From assembly GCF_044647545.1 (NCBI RefSeq), contig NZ_CP172818.1: 64,000 nucleotides of DNA; one strand, given 5' to 3'. Positions within the stretch are counted from its first letter, which is position 1. Each line of letters begins with the position of its first letter. Origin of the DNA: Escherichia coli (GTDB taxonomy: Bacteria > Pseudomonadota > Gammaproteobacteria > Enterobacterales > Enterobacteriaceae). A program made the position numbers and the translations under genes. This document shows positions 56,331 through 64,000 of this stretch, one piece after another. A model generated the notes under the pieces. That model saw only the letters and a program-made list of their open reading frames with translations. It was not told the DNA's origin and did no database searches.

Positions 56331-56705
56331 TTATTTCACGCTAAAGGTGTAGTGTCCTTTCGTTTTATGCCCGTCCACCGAAACAACATGCCAGTTAACG
56401 GTGTAGGTTCCGGGTTTCAGCGAATCGGCCAGTGGAACAATCAGTTGCTTTTGGTCCTGCTCATTCCGCTTCGCCGGTAATGTTTTAATATTTTCGTTTT
56501 TTGGCCCCGTGATTTTTGCACCACTGAATCCTGTTTCAACGCCTTCCGAGAAGTTTAAAGTGATTGCCTGCGGAGCTGCTGTCACTTGTGCATTTGCTGC
56601 AGGATACTGATGCATTAAATGCGCATGTGCCCAGACGGAAGGTGTCACCAACGAAGTGGTCAGGATTGCCAGCGCGTAGCGAAGGGAGCGTGCAGTTGAA
56701 GCCAT
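56331..56705 (-). CDS. yobA: CopC-family periplasmic copper-binding protein YobA
   Basis: 124-aa ORF; signal peptide ending ...VWA followed by HAHL (N-terminal His of mature protein) and a DGHK motif. Confidence 0.85.
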   Translation of the reverse strand: MASTARSLRYALAILTTSLVTPSVWAHAHLMHQYPAANAQVTAAPQAITLNFSEGVETGFSGAKITGPKNENIKTLPAKRNEQDQKQLIVPLADSLKPGTYTVNWHVVSVDGHKTKGHYTFSVK

Positions 56706-56843
56706 ATTATCTATTCCTTTTTGTAATAACTTTTTTACAGAGCATAACCTTGTCTAATGTCTGAGTCGAGGATCATCAATTCCGGCTTGCCATCCAGGCT
56801 CACTCTTAGTAACTTTTGCCCGCGAATGATGAGGAGATTAAGA

Positions 56844-57074
56844 ATGCTGAAGAATCTGGCTAAACTGGATCAAACAGAAATGGATAAAGTGAATGTCGAT
56901 TTGGCGGCGGCAGGGGTTGCATTTAAAGAACGCTACAATATGCCGGTGATCGCTGAAGCGGTTGAACGTGAACAGCCTGAACATTTGCGCAGCTGGTTTC
57001 GCGAGCGGCTTATCGCCCACCGTTTGGCTTCAGTCAATCTGTCACGTTTACCTTACGAGCCCAAACTTAAATAA
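56844..57074 (+). CDS. holE: DNA polymerase III theta subunit
   Basis: 76 aa from the Met at 56844 ([24 protein letters not shown]...) after GAGGAG SD. Confidence 0.9.
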
Positions 57075-57175
57075 AACTTATACATAGTTACACTTTCTTA
57101 CATAACGCCTGCTAAATTATGAGTATTTTCTAAACCGCACCCATAATTTGCAGTCATTTTGAAAAGGAAGTCATT

Positions 57176-57832
57176 ATGTCGTTCTGGAAAGTTGCAGCAG
57201 CGCAATATGAGCCTCGTAAAACCTCACTCACCGAACAGGTAGCTCATCATCTGGAGTTTGTGAGGGCCGCCGCCAGGCAACAATGTCAGCTGTTAGTTTT
57301 TCCATCGCTTTCTTTACTGGGGTGTGATTATTCGCGACGTGCCCTTCCTGCCCCACCCGATCTCTCGCTATTAGACCCGCTGTGTTAAGCTGCAACGACC
57401 TGGCGAATGACTATCATTGCCGGTCTTCCCGTTGAATATAACGATCGCTTTATTCGTGGAATTGCGGTGTTCGCACCGTGGCGAAAAACGCCAGGGATCT
57501 ACCATCAGAGTCATGGTGCATGTCTGGGCCGTCGTTCCAGAACCATCACGGTGGTCGATGAACAACCGGAAGGTATGGATATGGACCCGACCTGTTCACT
57601 GTTTACGACAGGGCAATGTCTGGGAGAACCCGACCTGCTGGCTTCGGCCCGTCGCTTACAATTTTTTTCACATCAGTACTCGATTGCTGTGCTGATGGCA
57701 AATGCCCGTGGTAACAGTGCACTATGGGATGAACATGGTCGTCTCATCGTTCGCGCCGATCGTGGTTCATTATTGTTAGTCGGTCAGCGTTCATCACAGG
57801 GTTGGCAAGGCGATATCATTCCATTACGCTAG
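57176..57832 (+). pseudogene. yobB: C-N hydrolase-family gene yobB interrupted by an in-frame TAA at 57386-57388
   Basis: ORFs 57176..57388 and 57407..57832 share one frame; the span is exactly 219 codons, matching the 218-aa length remembered for K-12 YobB; a single stop (..LLDPLC*AATTWRMTIIAG..) breaks it. Confidence 0.55.
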
Positions 57833-57855
57833 GCTTTTTCGGCCTGGAGCATGCC

Positions 57856-60602
<2,747 letters not shown>

Positions 60603-60783
60603 TTATAAGGGTGGCAAAACTCACCGGGGATGCAAGCGAAACAGGGTAGTCATTGCTTAGATGATGACAGGTAATGGCGCGGATATCGACTGTTATGCAG
60701 ACAGAGAAAATCAGCCTGTTCAAATGGCTGTGCGGTTCTGGATAACCCGAAATAGTCAACTTCAGGCTATCCAGAGAGCGGAA

Positions 60784-61443
60784 TTACTCCGCCAAAGTAC
60801 GTTTTTGCTGTTCGAGATCGCGTTCAATGCCTTCACGAACGTCCTGGGGGATTTTCAGCGCATCACCCAGTGCATTCAGGTAACTGCGTTCCATAAAATG
60901 GTCAATATCAATAGCCGCGCAGCTCAGGAAATAGATTTCCAGCGCCTCTTCTTCATTGCGAACCCCGGTAGCCAGACGTTGTGGATCCAGCGGTTGTTCG
61001 ATTGCCTGCTCAATGAGTACACGCCCCTGCTCTTCCACGCCGGCTTCACGCAATTGCTGGTCGATTGCCGCACGTTCTCTGGCATCAATATGACCATCAC
61101 TTTTAGCGGCAAAGACCAGCGCAAGGATCAAACGTTCCGTACGCTCATCCAGCGGCGTACTTTGCGCGCCAAACTGCGGTTCGTCCTGATGCGCCGCGCG
61201 AATTTTATCTTTGTATTTATTCCACAGCACCGTACCCGCTACCGCTCCGCCGCCAACCAGTAACGCGTTGGTGCCATATTTCGTAAGAAGTTTACGTGCT
61301 GATTTATTTGCGACCAGCAGCCCAGCCAGTCCGCCTAATGCGCCTGGCACTAAAAGTTTGCCCAATCCCTGATCCGCAGACGAGGAGACAGAAGAACTGC
61401 TTTGCCCAAGCAGGGATTGCAGTTGATTTAACCAGTTAGCCAT
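60784..61443 (-). CDS. yebE: DUF533 inner-membrane protein YebE
   Basis: 219-aa ORF. Confidence 0.85.
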   Translation of the reverse strand: MANWLNQLQSLLGQSSSSVSSSADQGLGKLLVPGALGGLAGLLVANKSARKLLTKYGTNALLVGGGAVAGTVLWNKYKDKIRAAHQDEPQFGAQSTPLDERTERLILALVFAAKSDGHIDARERAAIDQQLREAGVEEQGRVLIEQAIEQPLDPQRLATGVRNEEEALEIYFLSCAAIDIDHFMERSYLNALGDALKIPQDVREGIERDLEQQKRTLAE

Positions 61444-61657
61444 ATTTGCTCCTCAATAGCCATTTTTAGTGCCTGTAGCATAGCGGATGAGGATGTCAGA
61501 AAATGTATATCGAGACAAAAGATGCGCAAATAAGCGAGTCGGTAGGCCGTTATTCAAAGAAATTCGCGCCAGGTAAGGTGTTTACTGTATATCAGGTGAT
61601 AAGGGTATTTTAGGTGAAAGTAGTTTGACGTTTTGAGTGGCACTGTTTGATGCTGAT

Positions 61658-61746
61658 TGCCCGATGCGACGCTGTTGCGTCTTCTCAGGCCTACGATTGT
61701 GGTGTGTTGTGGGCGGACAAGGCACTCGCGCCGCATCCGCCGACGG
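61658..61746. repeat. Pair of inverted REP elements (BIME-like) in the yebE-yebF intergenic region
   Basis: 61658-61694 reads TGCCCGATGCGACGCTGTTGCGTCTTCTCAGGCCTAC (REP-like); 61711-61746 is a second REP-like copy in inverse orientation. Confidence 0.5.
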
Positions 61747-61768
61747 TCAATCGAATTATCAGAAGCCA

Positions 61769-62173
<405 letters not shown>

Positions 62174-62191
62174 TCAGGAGCGCAAGTTGCT

Positions 62192-62482
62192 TCAGGCCGC
62201 GTGTGAGGCATCTTCCTCTTCGGATTCAGCACCGACGACCTGTGGGGACGGTAATTTGCCGGTTTTCAGAATGGTGCTCAGCACATCTTTTTGTTCTGCC
62301 AGCCATAGCGAAAGGGCTTCACGTTGCTCGTCTTCCATTTGCACTGGAGAATTTGTCAGCCAGGTGTCAAGCAGATCCGCCGTATCAAGCATTTTGTCAT
62401 AAGCATCGGCTTCCTTTTTGCTGGTAAACGACATTTTCTCTTCGCCCTCACGAATGACTACGTATTTAACTTCAACCGCCAT
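62192..62482 (-). CDS. yebG: DNA damage-inducible protein YebG
   Basis: 96-aa ORF with a LexA box directly upstream. Confidence 0.85.
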   Translation of the reverse strand: MAVEVKYVVIREGEEKMSFTSKKEADAYDKMLDTADLLDTWLTNSPVQMEDEQREALSLWLAEQKDVLSTILKTGKLPSPQVVGAESEEEDASHAA

Positions 62483-62500
62483 TTGCAGCCTCTCATAATA

Positions 62501-62519
62501 ACTGTGATTTTATACAGTA
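62501..62519 (-). promoter_or_regulatory. LexA (SOS) box upstream of yebG
   Basis: ACTGTGATTTTATACAGTA fits CTGT-N8-ACAG, 20-40 bp upstream of the yebG start. Confidence 0.6.
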
Positions 62520-62615
62520 TATTTCTTCTAGGTTGGGAAATCAACATCAACAATAAAGACACGCGCAAACGTTTTCGTTTATACTGCGCGCGGAATTAAT
62601 CAGGGGATATTCGTT

Positions 62616-63794
62616 ATGACGTTATTAGGCACTGCGCTGCGTCCGGCAGCAACTCGCGTGATGTTATTAGGCTCCGGTGAACTGGGTAAAGAAGTGGCAA
62701 TCGAGTGTCAGCGTCTCGGCGTAGAGGTGATTGCCGTCGATCGCTATGCCGACGCGCCAGCTATGCATGTCGCGCATCGCTCCCATGTCATTAATATGCT
62801 TGATGGTGATGCATTACGCCGTGTGGTTGAACTGGAAAAACCACATTATATCGTGCCGGAGATCGAAGCTATTGCCACCGATATGCTGATCCAACTTGAA
62901 GAGGAAGGACTGAATGTTGTCCCCTGCGCGCGCGCAACGAAATTAACGATGAATCGCGAGGGTATCCGTCGCCTGGCGGCAGAAGATCTGCAGCTGCCCA
63001 CTTCCACTTATCGTTTTGCCGATAACGAAAACCTTTTCCGCGAGGCGGTTGCTGACATCGGCTATCCCTGCATTGTTAAACCGGTGATGAGTTCCTCCGG
63101 CAAGGGGCAGACGTTTATTCGTTCTGCAGAGCAACTTGCTCATGCATGGGAGTACGCTCAGCAAGGCGGTCGCGCCGGAGCGGGCCGCGTAATTGTTGAA
63201 GGCGTCGTTAAGTTTGATTTCGAAATTACCCTGCTAACCGTCAGCGCGGTGGATGGCGTCCATTTCTGTGCACCGGTAGGTCATCGCCAGGAAGATGGCG
63301 ACTATCGTGAATCCTGGCAACCACAACAAATGAGCCCGCTTGCCCTTGAACGTGCGCAGGAGATTGCCCGTAAAGTGGTGCTGGCACTGGGCGGTTATGG
63401 TCTGTTTGGTGTCGAGCTGTTTGTCTGTGGTGATGAGGTGATTTTCAGTGAGGTCTCCCCTCGCCCACATGATACCGGGATGGTGACGTTAATTTCTCAG
63501 GATCTCTCGGAGTTTGCCCTGCATGTGCGAGCCTTTCTCGGACTTCCGGTTGGCGGGATCCGTCAGTATGGTCCTGCAGCTTCTGCCGTTATTCTGCCAC
63601 AACTGACCAGTCAGAATGTCACGTTTGATAATGTGCAGAATGCCGTAGGCGCAGATTTACAGATTCGTTTATTTGGTAAGCCGGAAATTGATGGCAGCCG
63701 TCGTCTGGGGGTAGCACTGGCTACTGCAGAGAGTGTTGTTGACGCCATTGAACGCGCGAAGCACGCCGCCGGACAGGTAAAAGTACAGGGTTAA
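62616..63794 (+). CDS. purT: Formate-dependent GAR transformylase (ATP-grasp)
   Basis: 392-aa ORF beginning [27 protein letters not shown]. Confidence 0.95.
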   Translation: MTLLGTALRPAATRVMLLGSGELGKEVAIECQRLGVEVIAVDRYADAPAMHVAHRSHVINMLDGDALRRVVELEKPHYIVPEIEAIATDMLIQLEEEGLNVVPCARATKLTMNREGIRRLAAEDLQLPTSTYRFADNENLFREAVADIGYPCIVKPVMSSSGKGQTFIRSAEQLAHAWEYAQQGGRAGAGRVIVEGVVKFDFEITLLTVSAVDGVHFCAPVGHRQEDGDYRESWQPQQMSPLALERAQEIARKVVLALGGYGLFGVELFVCGDEVIFSEVSPRPHDTGMVTLISQDLSEFALHVRAFLGLPVGGIRQYGPAASAVILPQLTSQNVTFDNVQNAVGADLQIRLFGKPEIDGSRRLGVALATAESVVDAIERAKHAAGQVKVQG

Positions 63795-63815
63795 ACCCGG
63801 CAAAAAAACGCTACA

Positions 63816-63846
63816 AAAATGCCCGATCCTCGATCGGGCATTTTGA
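63816..63846. terminator. Bidirectional terminator between convergent purT and eda
   Basis: GCCCGATCCTCGATCGGGC hairpin flanked by an A run upstream and TTTT downstream. Confidence 0.55.
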
Positions 63847-63850
63847 CTTT

Positions 63851-64000
63851 TACAGCTTAGCGCCTTCTACAGCTTCACGCGCCAGCTTAGTAATGCGGTC
63901 GTAATCGCCCGCTTCCAGCGCATCTGCCGGAACCAGCCAGGAACCACCGATGCACAGCACGCTTTTCAGCGCCAGGTAGTCACGGTAGTTAGCCGGAGAA
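63851..64000 (-). CDS. eda: KHG/KDPG aldolase Eda, C-terminal fragment (5' end outside window)
   Basis: Minus-strand frame open to the window edge, ending ...[18 protein letters not shown] before stop at 63851-63853. Confidence 0.8.

Noticed and set aside
60661-61263. 200-aa ORF on the plus strand overlapping yebE
   Set aside because: Antisense to yebE with no SD; shadow ORF.

Overview
The window reads as a contiguous stretch of Escherichia coli K-12-like core chromosome, running from the 3' end of yeaG to the 3' end of eda, with about 75 protein-coding genes in the conserved order and all recognised by their translated sequence. I found no tRNA or rRNA genes, no CRISPR array, and no IS element, integrase or prophage-like insertion, so there is no support for a novel inserted system here. 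The points most worth a second look are: (1) yobB is split by an in-frame TAA at 57386-57388, leaving two same-frame fragments, so it looks like a nonsense allele or pseudogene; (2) unusual homopolymer tracts (A9, T10, A7) sit at the 5' end of yeaV; (3) the convergent overlapping sRNA pair SdsR/RyeA lies between pphA and yebY; (4) a yybP-ykoY-type Mn riboswitch leader precedes mntP; (5) four c-di-GMP genes lie within 32 kb, one with a degenerate EGEVF active site in an AT-rich gene; (6) five small proteins under 60 aa (yoaI, yoaK, yoaJ, yobF, mgrB) are absent from the ORF track. Gene identities and reference lengths come from memory of the K-12 annotation, not from a database search; all coordinates were worked out by hand from the sequence.
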